A stretch of DNA of 64,000 nucleotides, taken from positions 64,001 to 128,000 of the forward strand of contig JBCNVN010000002.1 in assembly GCA_039630055.1 (NCBI GenBank), read 5' to 3'. Below, piece after piece: positions 18,954 to 28,515 of this stretch. The first letter of the stretch is position 1, and each line of letters starts with the position of its first letter. Under the pieces are notes generated by a model. That model was not told where the DNA came from and ran no database searches. It saw nothing but the letters and a program-made list of their open reading frames with translations. The translations under genes were made by a program, and so were the position numbers. This DNA comes from Candidatus Caldarchaeales archaeon (GTDB lineage Archaea > Thermoproteota > Nitrososphaeria_A > Caldarchaeales > Wolframiiraptoraceae).

Positions 18954-20351
18954 TTAAGTTATCAGTGGTGCCTGTATTGCGAGAAGTATAAGTGCTAGTG
19001 TCAGAGGTGGAAATGAGGCTAATGCTCCTGCTTTTATCCATTCTCTCAAGGTTATATGTGCGAGCCTCTGTTTCTCAACTATCCCTATAGCAACTATGTT
19101 AGCTGTACTCCCTATTACGGTCAAGTTTCCAAGATAGGTTGAGCCGAAGAGAGCCGCCCACCAGATTGGAGCGATGTTGATTCCCAGAGTCGCCATCTCC
19201 TGTAGAACTGCTATCCAAAAAGCAACAGCTAGAATATTGTCCATGATCGCCGACATAAATCCGATGATATATCCAACTATAAAGAGAAATATTGTTGGAT
19301 CCATCTCTGCTAGCAAGGCGATGTCTTTAGCTAATGAAGATGTTACACCTGTTAATTTTAGCGTTCCAACAGATGTGAAGAAGAGTAGGAAGAAGAGTAT
19401 CGTCCACCAGTCAACCCTTCTCTCTACAAGTTCTCTCGCTTTAACATTCTCGATCAAGATCGTTACTGCTGCACCAACCATAGGCACTCCTAGGAGCATC
19501 GTATTTTTCGGAAGATTTAAAACCATTTCAATCTGAGTATGGAGGACCAGCCCACCTATAACTCCTAAGAATAGGGCCGCCGCCACAGGATCTATCTTCT
19601 TCTGTGAATCTATCTCTAGACCGTTCACAGTCGTTTTTACAATCATCTGAGTCTTCATCTTCTCTTCAACCTCCTTCAAATACGGCTTAAAGTAAATCAT
19701 CATCAATCCCACTATCATCATTAATGCACAGATAGCTATCGGTGTAGACCATCTAAGAAAGTCTGAAAAACCGTATCCTGACTCGAACGCTATCATTACA
19801 CCTACTGGGTTACCGATTACTGTAGCACTACTACCTATATTTGTTGCAAAGACCGTCATTAACATGAGTGGAACAAGTGAGACTTCAAGTCTATATGCAA
19901 GGTTCACCACTATACCCATCATGAATAATATCGATGTAACTTCATCAACCATGGCGGCGAAGACCGCGGAGAGAATCATTAAGAGAATGATCGTCCTATA
20001 AGGCTTATCTCCTGAATACTGCATAAGTTTATCGACAAGTATCTCGAAGAACCTTCTCTCCTCTAAGAAACCTATAACTATCATCATACAGATGAGGAAA
20101 ACTACAACGTCTAAGTTAGCGTACTCTACGAAATATTTTAAATCTAATAAACCTGCTGCAAATAGTATGGATACACCGCCCAAGGCGAAGGCAAGTCTAA
20201 ATCTCCAAAACATTATGGCCCCGGCAATTATTGATGAGAAAGCGGTTAAAGATAAAGACTGGTTTAGAGTGAACCCTACCATCTGCGAAGAAAAAAGGAT
20301 GATTACTGGTATCGCTATGTAAGCTATAGTCTTCTTCATAAGTTCAAACAT
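18954..20351 (-). CDS. ArsB/NhaD/SLC13-family anion permease
   Basis: VDEVTS, ATNIGSSATVIGNP, MDN, GNLTVIGSTANIVA; many TM helices. Confidence 0.9.
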   Translation of the reverse strand: MFELMKKTIAYIAIPVIILFSSQMVGFTLNQSLSLTAFSSIIAGAIMFWRFRLAFALGGVSILFAAGLLDLKYFVEYANLDVVVFLICMMIVIGFLEERRFFEILVDKLMQYSGDKPYRTIILLMILSAVFAAMVDEVTSILFMMGIVVNLAYRLEVSLVPLMLMTVFATNIGSSATVIGNPVGVMIAFESGYGFSDFLRWSTPIAICALMMIVGLMMIYFKPYLKEVEEKMKTQMIVKTTVNGLEIDSQKKIDPVAAALFLGVIGGLVLHTQIEMVLNLPKNTMLLGVPMVGAAVTILIENVKARELVERRVDWWTILFFLLFFTSVGTLKLTGVTSSLAKDIALLAEMDPTIFLFIVGYIIGFMSAIMDNILAVAFWIAVLQEMATLGINIAPIWWAALFGSTYLGNLTVIGSTANIVAIGIVEKQRLAHITLREWIKAGALASFPPLTLALILLAIQAPLIT

Positions 20352-20372
20352 TATCGTCTCTCTATTAAATGT

Positions 20373-20618
20373 TTAATCTATCTTCGGCTTTGAGATTATC
20401 GTTAACAATCCATCCCTCTCATCAACGTATATCTCGTGATTAAGTTTTAGGAGTGTTCTGAAGACATTCTCCCATGGAAATTTATCTGGTTTAAGAACTC
20501 TTATAATCATGCCACCATACTCTGGTGCACATTCTCCCGAATCATCTATCAAAAGATCTATCACAATCTCAGGACAACAGATCGTATATTCCTTCCCACT
20601 TTTACTCTTAGTCTCCAT
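20373..20618 (-). CDS. Small Cys-containing hypothetical protein, possibly TusA/SirA-like
   Basis: Co-oriented 21 nt upstream of the permease; ICCPE motif. Confidence 0.6.
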   Translation of the reverse strand: METKSKSGKEYTICCPEIVIDLLIDDSGECAPEYGGMIIRVLKPDKFPWENVFRTLLKLNHEIYVDERDGLLTIISKPKID

Positions 20619-20948
20619 CCCACCACTATCTCACACTATGATGATCTTAAAAGGATTTTCCTGTAAAAAATAAAGAGAATAATTATTATGTTTAAGGTAG
20701 AATTCGTGAAACTTACTATAACTTGCCCCGTTTAATTAGAAATAACATTGATGGAATGAATAAAAATATGAGATCTTCAAATCTGAACCGTTATACTATA
20801 TAATAGGTTAGGATGATTCAATACCTCAAGATACCTCATTCTTCATGTACAGTATTCATCTCTAAATTTTATAAGATGAAAATCATTATAAGTATATTAT
20901 AATCTGCTTTCTCTTAAGTATGAGAACTTGAAATTCACCTAGTCTATC

Positions 20949-21686
20949 CTAGCTCTTCTTTTCTCTTATCAAAGGCTCAAGCATCTTATGAAGCTCTTCA
21001 CTAGAGACTACAGTGTATTTTCTAGTTTTCACCGGTATAGTTACTAAACGTGCAGTCCATCCTTCTTCCAGTTTGTCTACAGAGTTTACCAAAGCTTTCA
21101 AAGCCAATTGCACCGCATCATCTAAACTGATATTCGAATGATAATTACTTTCTAAATATTCTTTAACTCTATCTGCACCTCTACCGATCGCCCAGGCAGC
21201 ATACTCTAGAACAAGTCCACTTGGTTCTGTGTAAAATACCCTTGGACCAGTCTTATCTACTCCACCGAAGAGTAGAGCTGCCCCGAAGGGTCTAACCCCA
21301 GCATGCTGAGTATATAGTTGCATAATATCTCCTATACGTTTGGCCACCGCTTCTACTGTCGGCTCCTCATCATATGAGAGTCTTAGGATTTGAGCATAGA
21401 CTCTGGCGTTGTCTACGAGGACACGGGCATCTGAATTCAGGCCTGCTGATACTGTTCCAATATGCTCGTCTATCTGGAAGAGCTTCCAGGAGAAGTTGGG
21501 GTTCTGTAACCTTGTATGCATTCTTTCTTCAACTGTTAATACTACACCCTCAGAGCATAGAAGTGCTATAGCTGTTGATCCAGATCTGACAGTCTCTAAA
21601 GCATATTCGACTTGGTATAGCCTACCCTGAGGAGAAAAGACCGTTATCGCTCTATCATATGCGCCGGCAATCCCTAACGCAGCCAA
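20949..21686 (-). CDS. psmA: Proteasome subunit alpha
   Basis: YDRAITVFSPQGRLYQVEYA, RPFG; TTG start. Confidence 0.97.
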   Translation of the reverse strand: MAALGIAGAYDRAITVFSPQGRLYQVEYALETVRSGSTAIALLCSEGVVLTVEERMHTRLQNPNFSWKLFQIDEHIGTVSAGLNSDARVLVDNARVYAQILRLSYDEEPTVEAVAKRIGDIMQLYTQHAGVRPFGAALLFGGVDKTGPRVFYTEPSGLVLEYAAWAIGRGADRVKEYLESNYHSNISLDDAVQLALKALVNSVDKLEEGWTARLVTIPVKTRKYTVVSSEELHKMLEPLIREKKS

Positions 21687-21949
21687 TCCTCTAATCCACC
21701 CACTTATACCATTAATCTTTACTTAATAAAATTTACTAATTTCTATACGATATGGTCATCATCTAATGTTAATTAGAACCTACTCTAAACACCATCCACA
21801 AAGCCCATAAATAATTGGATAATTGAGACATCTATCGATAATCTTCTAGAGAGTTATGGTATAGATATAAGTTTGAACATTAGATAATGTGTATGTCTCT
21901 TCTGTTAGAAAACAAAATCTAAATATTGGGGTGGAGACCATATCTTTAG

Positions 21950-22186
21950 ATGGTCTCATGGTTTCTAATAATTGGTCTGCTGATGATATTGTTAGGATTT
22001 ATAATGGTCCTCTTCTCTAGAATCTTGAAAGATTCAGATACTAGAAGTGGAGGGATAGTTATAGTAGGACCTTTCCCTATAGTATTTGGAGGGAGAGGAT
22101 TAAAACCGATACTCATCTTCATGGTTATAACATTATTCTTACTAGTTCTAACATTAACACTTGCAGGAGTTTTAGGATATGTATGA
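21950..22186 (+). CDS. DUF131 family membrane protein
   Basis: GGIVIVGPFPIVFG motif between two TM helices. Confidence 0.85.
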   Translation: MVSWFLIIGLLMILLGFIMVLFSRILKDSDTRSGGIVIVGPFPIVFGGRGLKPILIFMVITLFLLVLTLTLAGVLGYV

Positions 22187-22436
22187 AGGGGGTTTACCAG
22201 AGACTTATAGAAGCATGCTGTTTTTCACAGGGATATTTTTAATATTCTTAGGATTGATTATAGCTCTCCTAGGACTGATCACATCAACAGATATAAGGTC
22301 GGGTGGTTTAATCTTAATCGGGCCAATACCTTTCTTCTTCTACTTAGAAGATCCATCTATAGCTATCTTAATAATCCTAATCTCATTTTTACTTATCTTC
22401 ACTTTCATCACCTACATGGTCTTTAGAAAGAGATAA
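22179..22436 (+). CDS. DUF131 family membrane protein (tandem paralog)
   Basis: GGLILIGPIPFFF motif. Confidence 0.85.
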   Translation: MYEGGLPETYRSMLFFTGIFLIFLGLIIALLGLITSTDIRSGGLILIGPIPFFFYLEDPSIAILIILISFLLIFTFITYMVFRKR

Positions 22437-22487
22437 TAATGAAATGAAAAATCATTATATAGTGAGCTATAAGAGTCTATATGAAAG

Positions 22488-22697
22488 GTGGAGGGTTTGC
22501 GATTCTGCAGAGAATGTGGGTCGAAACTATTCTATGACAGAAACCTAAAAGAGTATGTATGCAGAAGCTGTGGCCTAACATATAGTTTTCAGGACCTAAT
22601 AGTTGAGGCCGAGAAGAACACTGTAGAAAATAGATCCAAGAGAGATGAGAAGAAGATTAGAAAAGAGTATCTAGAGTGGTGGTTATCAAAAAAGTAA
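22488..22697 (+). CDS. Small zinc-ribbon protein
   Basis: CRECG...CRSCG, C-terminal YLEWWL. Confidence 0.8.
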   Translation: MEGLRFCRECGSKLFYDRNLKEYVCRSCGLTYSFQDLIVEAEKNTVENRSKRDEKKIRKEYLEWWLSKK

Positions 22698-22707
22698 GTG
22701 GTGGTTT

Positions 22708-22998
22708 ATGGAGATAGTATTATTCGTGGAAGGAGGTAAGCTGAGAGAATTAGAGGAGAGATTGTTTAGGGATGAAGTCGTCTCTAGAGCCAATATAATC
22801 CTTAGAGATTCTCGTCCATTTAGAGAAGGTGGATTCTATGTTAGAGTTCTAGGATCGGAAGAGCAATGCAATAGAGCAAGAAACTTGACCCAAGAAATAG
22901 CGGAAGAAGTATTGGATAAGGAGAGAGAAGAAGTCTTAAAAGTTATAAAGGAAGAAGATGAAAGAATGTTATCAGGCTTTTCAAGTATATTCAGGTAA
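22708..22998 (+). CDS. Hypothetical protein with acidic/hydrophobic P-stalk-like C-terminus
   Basis: Good RBS (GTGGTGG); ends EEDERMLSGFSSIFR. Confidence 0.75.
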   Translation: MEIVLFVEGGKLRELEERLFRDEVVSRANIILRDSRPFREGGFYVRVLGSEEQCNRARNLTQEIAEEVLDKEREEVLKVIKEEDERMLSGFSSIFR

Positions 22999-23212
22999 TC
23001 TACAGAAGATTTAAGCCTTAAATCAATATATGAGCTAAAGATATCTCATTAGATCTTCCATATCTAGCATAAGCCTAGACTAGAATAGGGGATTGATAGA
23101 TGATATTGAAAACTTTAGACAGTTATGGAGAGAGAAAAATTCAAAATAAATCTTAAATAGAGTTCATTATGCATATCCAGTGAAGATTGAGTAGAAAGGT
23201 GGCTTCTCGAGG

Positions 23213-23974
23213 ATGTACACCATCTTTATAGTAGGCACAGCGGGTTCAGGAAAATCAACTCTTGCAGGTGCCTTCAGCGATTGGTTGAGGAGCCAAGAGC
23301 AATCAACACTCCTAGTAAACCTAGATCCTGCAGCATTAACTACTCCTTACGAGGCTGATATTGATGTTAGAGAGATGGTAGATTACGAGAGGATCATGAC
23401 AACTAAGAAGCTTGGGCCTAATGCTGCTCTAATAGCAACAGTTAGAGAGATAGTTAGACATATAGAAGAGCTGGCAGAAGAGGTAAACTCGCAGAGAGCC
23501 GACTTCATCTTGGTTGATACACCAGGTCAGCTTGAACTTTTTGCATATAGGAAAGAAGGTAGAATATTGACGAAATACATTGGTGGAGATAGGAAGATGA
23601 TGTTCTTTCTCCTCGACCCTATGTTCTGTGCAGTTACTAGAAATTTCGTAGCCAGCATGTTCCTAGCCTCATCGGTATACTTGACATTTCAGCTCCCGAT
23701 GATACAAGTCCTCAACAAGATCGATGCTGTCCCCAGAAAATTCATCGATAGGATCGATAGATGGAGCGATTCCCTAGAATCTCTAATAGTGGATATAGAG
23801 AATAGATCAAAAAAAGGCTTGATGTATCTCTCGAGAGATATAGCACAAGCAGTTCACTCTATCGCTTCCTGCATCCCCATAGTCCCAGTATCTTCTGTAA
23901 CCATGGAGGGTTTCCCAGAGCTACACGCTATGGTTACGAATATTGTAAGTGAGGGAGAGATGGAGTTGAGGTGA
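23213..23974 (+). CDS. GPN-loop GTPase
   Basis: GTAGSGKST, NLDPA, LGPN, DTPGQLE, NKID. Confidence 0.95.
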   Translation: MYTIFIVGTAGSGKSTLAGAFSDWLRSQEQSTLLVNLDPAALTTPYEADIDVREMVDYERIMTTKKLGPNAALIATVREIVRHIEELAEEVNSQRADFILVDTPGQLELFAYRKEGRILTKYIGGDRKMMFFLLDPMFCAVTRNFVASMFLASSVYLTFQLPMIQVLNKIDAVPRKFIDRIDRWSDSLESLIVDIENRSKKGLMYLSRDIAQAVHSIASCIPIVPVSSVTMEGFPELHAMVTNIVSEGEMELR

Positions 23975-23978
23975 TATA

Positions 23979-24857
23979 ATGAGCTTTGAAGAATTAGAGA
24001 ATAGGCTTTATGAATTACGTGAGAGACTTAAGAAGTTAAATTTAGAGATAAGCAATAAGCAATCTGAGATAAATGACTATGAATTAAAGAGAGATAATAT
24101 TCATGTTGAGATGAAGAAGTTTTCCGAGGAATTAAAAAAGCTTAAAGAAGAGCGGAAAGAATATTTCTCAAAGCTAGAAGAGATTAGAGAAGAACTAGAA
24201 AAGAAGAAGAATGAGCTTGAAGAGAAGAGGATAGAGTTTCTTAAGATAAGAGAAGAATTGAAGTCTCTAAGAAATGTTAGAGATGATGTCAAGGAGATTG
24301 AGAAGAAGCTTGAACAGCTGGATTGGATACTTCAGACGAAGCCACTTCCAAGAGATGATGAGAGGAGAATAAGTAGTGAAGTTGAAAAGATCCGTACAAC
24401 CCTATCGCTCGCAAGGAAAAAACAAGAATATACATTAAAGATGGATGAGTTAAGTTTAGAGATCAAAAATATAAAAGAGGAGATTAAGAAACTTAGGGAA
24501 GAGATTGGGAAGACTAAGGAGGAGGCTTCTGCCAAGATATTAGAGCCAACTAATTTACTAAGAGGGAAGCTTAAAGAATTGAAGGATAAAGCTGACCAGT
24601 GGCATAATAAGTACATAGAAGCAAAGAAGAGACTTCAGATGCTTGAGGCAGAGAAGATCCTCTTAACCTCACAGATAATTGAACTCCAGAATACTATTAA
24701 AAAAATTAGGGAAGAAGAAGACCTTAAAAAGATTATGATAATTAAAGAAAGGCTCAAGAATGAGGCGAGAGCTAAGCTTAGTTCCAAGAAGAAGATATCT
24801 TTCGAAGAATTGAAGATTCTCATCGAGGATGATGAATGGGGTATCTCGTCATTCTAG
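23979..24857 (+). CDS. Archaeal coiled-coil protein (COG1340-like)
   Basis: Heptad repeats, W.LQT.PL...E, C-terminal KKISFEELK. Confidence 0.8.
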   Translation: MSFEELENRLYELRERLKKLNLEISNKQSEINDYELKRDNIHVEMKKFSEELKKLKEERKEYFSKLEEIREELEKKKNELEEKRIEFLKIREELKSLRNVRDDVKEIEKKLEQLDWILQTKPLPRDDERRISSEVEKIRTTLSLARKKQEYTLKMDELSLEIKNIKEEIKKLREEIGKTKEEASAKILEPTNLLRGKLKELKDKADQWHNKYIEAKKRLQMLEAEKILLTSQIIELQNTIKKIREEEDLKKIMIIKERLKNEARAKLSSKKKISFEELKILIEDDEWGISSF

Positions 24858-25213
24858 ATGTAAATCTCAAATTTAAAAACATAATATCAATACTGATCTA
24901 ATTCTGGATATGAAAACTATCCAAAACATTATGAATAAGCTTACAAATATAGAAAACCTGTATGTTTCCATGTTAATGGCCAATAAACAGGTATTTTTAA
25001 AGATGAAAGGGGAATTTAAGAACATGTTTAGAATTTACCAGCTATCCATAGATATACTTAGGGTATTATATGTACCACGAATCTTCACACCGCTAGAACA
25101 CTATTGTTCTATCTTGTCTGTGGACAGGCTGACATATTAAGAAATAGTTAAAATAAGGTTAACCATTACAAAGTTTATCTTAAACCAAGTCTAACTATAA
25201 TTGGATAAGATAG

Positions 25214-26407
25214 ATGTCTTTACCGCATAGAAGATTGCTGATACTCGTCGTAGATAGGGATAACGATATCAAGAGAAAGACAGGCATCTCTACACCGCTA
25301 ATAGGTTTTGAAGAGAATCTTAAAGCAGCACAGTCGTTAGCATTACGCGATCCAGAAGATGCAGATGTAAATGCTATGTTTGGAGCGCTCAGAGTCTATA
25401 ATGAGCTTGTTGAGAAGCTCGGTAAGGAGAACATTGAGGTAGCGACATTAGCAGGTGAAGAAAGTGAAGGAATAGAGGCTGATACAAAAATAATGCATGA
25501 ACTAGAAGAAGTATTGAAGATTTTTCATGCTGATGGTGTCATATTTATAAGTGATGGTGTAACAGATGAATTCGTACTGCCAGTAGTATCCTCCCGTATA
25601 CCTGTGATATCTGTTAAGAGACTAGTCGTAAGACAGAGTGAATCAGTAGAAAGAACCTGGCTGATACTAGGAAGATATCTTAGACTAGCATTCTCAGAAC
25701 CCCGATATGCAAGAATTTTTCTCGGGATACCTGGATTAGTCTTTACAATCGTCGGCATACTATATCTATTGAATCTTGTATCCCTACCACTAATATTAAC
25801 AGCTGTAGGCTTAATTCTTATCTTTAGAGGGTTTAACATAGACCAGAAGCTTACAGGTATCTATACTTGGTTCATAAACATATTTAGGATGCCGCCATAC
25901 AAGCAGCTTAGAGCATTTGCAACATTCGTCTCGATAATCCTTATACTTTCAGGACTATACATCGGGTACATCTCAGTAATAAACACCATCACAACAATCT
26001 ATCCTAATCCTCCTGACCCTACTCTTTATACTTGGTGGTGGATCGATAAGGTGCCACTCATATTTGGGGTCTTCTTAACTGGCGGCATAGACATAATCTC
26101 TGCAGCTATACTTATCTCCGTATCTTCAAGTACAGTATACTATGTATTCATTAGGGATCAGAAGTTCTGGAGAACTATAAGGTCCATTATCTTGGCGATA
26201 TGGATGTGGGCGGTCTTTAAGAGGGCCGGTATTCTTATTGTTACAAGCATACTTGGACCTTTCGAAGAAACTCAGGTGATCTTATTGATTATAGTGGCGA
26301 TATTAGGGATTGTAACTATGGCTATAACATTAACAGTAACGAGACATCTCAGTAGAAGATATTCGGAATATTTTAAATTAAGAAAGGATAAAATACCTAT
26401 GGAATAG
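25214..26407 (+). CDS. DUF373 family membrane protein
   Basis: LVVDRDND, DPEDADVN, ISDG.TDE, VRQS. Confidence 0.9.
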   Translation: MSLPHRRLLILVVDRDNDIKRKTGISTPLIGFEENLKAAQSLALRDPEDADVNAMFGALRVYNELVEKLGKENIEVATLAGEESEGIEADTKIMHELEEVLKIFHADGVIFISDGVTDEFVLPVVSSRIPVISVKRLVVRQSESVERTWLILGRYLRLAFSEPRYARIFLGIPGLVFTIVGILYLLNLVSLPLILTAVGLILIFRGFNIDQKLTGIYTWFINIFRMPPYKQLRAFATFVSIILILSGLYIGYISVINTITTIYPNPPDPTLYTWWWIDKVPLIFGVFLTGGIDIISAAILISVSSSTVYYVFIRDQKFWRTIRSIILAIWMWAVFKRAGILIVTSILGPFEETQVILLIIVAILGIVTMAITLTVTRHLSRRYSEYFKLRKDKIPME

Positions 26408-26486
26408 AATCCTAAGATTTAAAATTCTAAAAGATTAAAATAAGTTATAGATATATTGAGGAATCTTATATCGGAGAATAGAACGT

Positions 26487-27275
26487 ATGAGTTTGCTTAA
26501 GTGGATCCTAAAAATTTTCGGCATATACAAGATTTACGAGAAATGGCTATACGATAATATCAAGAATGGAGAGATACCATCTCATATAGCCTTAATACTT
26601 GACGGAAATAGGAGATGGGCGCTTGGGAGAGGGTTTAATCCCTGGGAAGGTCATAGATTTGGTGCAGAGAAAGTAGATGAACTGCTTAATTGGTGTCTTG
26701 AATTAGGGGTAAAGATAGTAACTCTGTACGTCTTCTCAACAGAGAATTTCAACCGTTCAGAAAAGGAATTAAAAGAATTGTTTGAACTTCTAGATAAGAA
26801 GTCTAAACAATATCTTAAAGATGATAGGATCCATAAGAATAAAGTCAAGATTAAGGTTATTGGGAGGAAGGAGATGCTCCCTGAATCTGTTAGGAATAGC
26901 CTTCGAGAGCTTGAAGAGGCAACAGTAAACTACGATAAATTTTTTGTAAATATAGCTGTAGCGTATGGTGGTAGAGCGGAGATAGTTGATGCAGCACGTA
27001 GTATAGCTCAGAAGGTTTTAGAAGGAGTGCTAAGACCTGAAGATATAGATGAAAAACTGATCGAGAGGCATCTTTACACATCTGATCTTCCAAAGAATGA
27101 TCCAGACCTAATAATTAGAACGTCGGGAGAAGAGAGGATAAGTAACTTCCTACTATGGCAGTGTGCATATAGTGAGTTGGTCTTTCTAGATGTATACTGG
27201 CCTGAATTTAGAAAGATAGACCTTATGCGTGCAATCAGAATATATCAGAAGAGACAGAGAAGGTTCGGAGCCTAG
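26487..27275 (+). CDS. uppS: Cis-prenyltransferase (polyprenyl diphosphate synthase)
   Basis: HIALILDGNRRW, FSTENF, YGGR, RTSGE.R.SNFL, RRFG. Confidence 0.97.
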   Translation: MSLLKWILKIFGIYKIYEKWLYDNIKNGEIPSHIALILDGNRRWALGRGFNPWEGHRFGAEKVDELLNWCLELGVKIVTLYVFSTENFNRSEKELKELFELLDKKSKQYLKDDRIHKNKVKIKVIGRKEMLPESVRNSLRELEEATVNYDKFFVNIAVAYGGRAEIVDAARSIAQKVLEGVLRPEDIDEKLIERHLYTSDLPKNDPDLIIRTSGEERISNFLLWQCAYSELVFLDVYWPEFRKIDLMRAIRIYQKRQRRFGA

Positions 27276-28333
27276 TATAAAGCAAACTCATATGATGAAG
27301 AAGTTAGCTTTGTTACTCCATCTCTACCTACTACTAGTGTATCCTCTAACCTTATACCGAATTTTTTCGGTAGGTAGACTCCTGGCTCAATAGTGATTAC
27401 ATTATTCTCTTGAAGTATCTCTTGACTTACTTGATTGATCCTAGGAGGCTCATGTACTTCTATCCCTATACCATGTCCAAGCCCATGTATGAAAAACTCA
27501 CCGTAACCTTTAGAACCGATATACGTTCTAGCCGCTTCATCGATCGATGAAGCAAGAATCCATGATTTCGTATTCTCTTCAACCAAGTTCTTAGTCTCTA
27601 AGATGATGTTATATAGATTTAATTTTTCTTCGGGAGGATTCGATCCAATATAGTAGGTTCGGGTCATATCAGCACAGTATCCATTATAAGATGCACCGAG
27701 GTCTACAATTACTACATCTCCCTTCATAAATTGTCTATCACCATGTCCACCGTGAGGGAGGGATGATCTTGAGCTGGATGCGACGATTATGTCGAAGGCT
27801 GGTTTATCAGCTCCACTATTAATCATCTCCTCTAATACTTCAGCCTTAACCTCAGATTCTCTAACTCCTTCATTGATTATCTGTGATGCAAGATCCATGC
27901 AGTTAGAAGATATTTCTGCAGCTTTCTTTATCTTCTCCAACTCATCCATGTCTTTTATTGTTCTAAGTTTCCAAACTAAGTCTGGAGAAGGCTCGACTGC
28001 TTCTACATGTTCCGTAATCTTCAGATACTGTTCTACCTCAATTTTATCGAACCCAACTCTCCTTCTATACTCACTCGGCAACATCATAATAACATCGATG
28101 AGGGTTGATGTTATCTTGAGTCTATTAACTTCTACCTCATTAATACAGTAGGTCTGAGCTGCTTCGTAATCTATTGGATAAACATAGAGCTTAGGGATCC
28201 CACTTAAAGGAATGGTCAAGAAGCCTTGCCCCATAAACTGGGTGAAATAGAATATGTTTGCAGGAGAGGTTAAGATCAATAAAGAAAAGTTTAATTCTTC
28301 CATCAAGTCTTGGAGCCTACTTATTCTATCCAT
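27272..28333 (-). CDS. pepQ: Xaa-Pro peptidase (M24 family)
   Basis: DLGA...GYCADMTRT, HGLGHGIG..VHE, TIEPG, GIRLED. Confidence 0.93.
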   Translation of the reverse strand: MDRISRLQDLMEELNFSLLILTSPANIFYFTQFMGQGFLTIPLSGIPKLYVYPIDYEAAQTYCINEVEVNRLKITSTLIDVIMMLPSEYRRRVGFDKIEVEQYLKITEHVEAVEPSPDLVWKLRTIKDMDELEKIKKAAEISSNCMDLASQIINEGVRESEVKAEVLEEMINSGADKPAFDIIVASSSRSSLPHGGHGDRQFMKGDVVIVDLGASYNGYCADMTRTYYIGSNPPEEKLNLYNIILETKNLVEENTKSWILASSIDEAARTYIGSKGYGEFFIHGLGHGIGIEVHEPPRINQVSQEILQENNVITIEPGVYLPKKFGIRLEDTLVVGRDGVTKLTSSSYEFALY

Positions 28334-28515
28334 TTCAACCTTCCTTCTATGAGGAGCTTATTTAAATATTGTCCTAACACTTTCTATACGAAATCAAACT
28401 ATATCCTTGAAATTTAAAAGTAAGACAACATGTTTCTCTTAGTATTAACATATATCCACTAAATTAGGATATATTAATTAATGATTAATAAAATAATCCA
28501 AATTATAGTAAAAGG

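Noticed and set aside
24910-25140. 76-aa intergenic ORF
   Set aside because: No recognisable motif or RBS; likely spurious or degraded.
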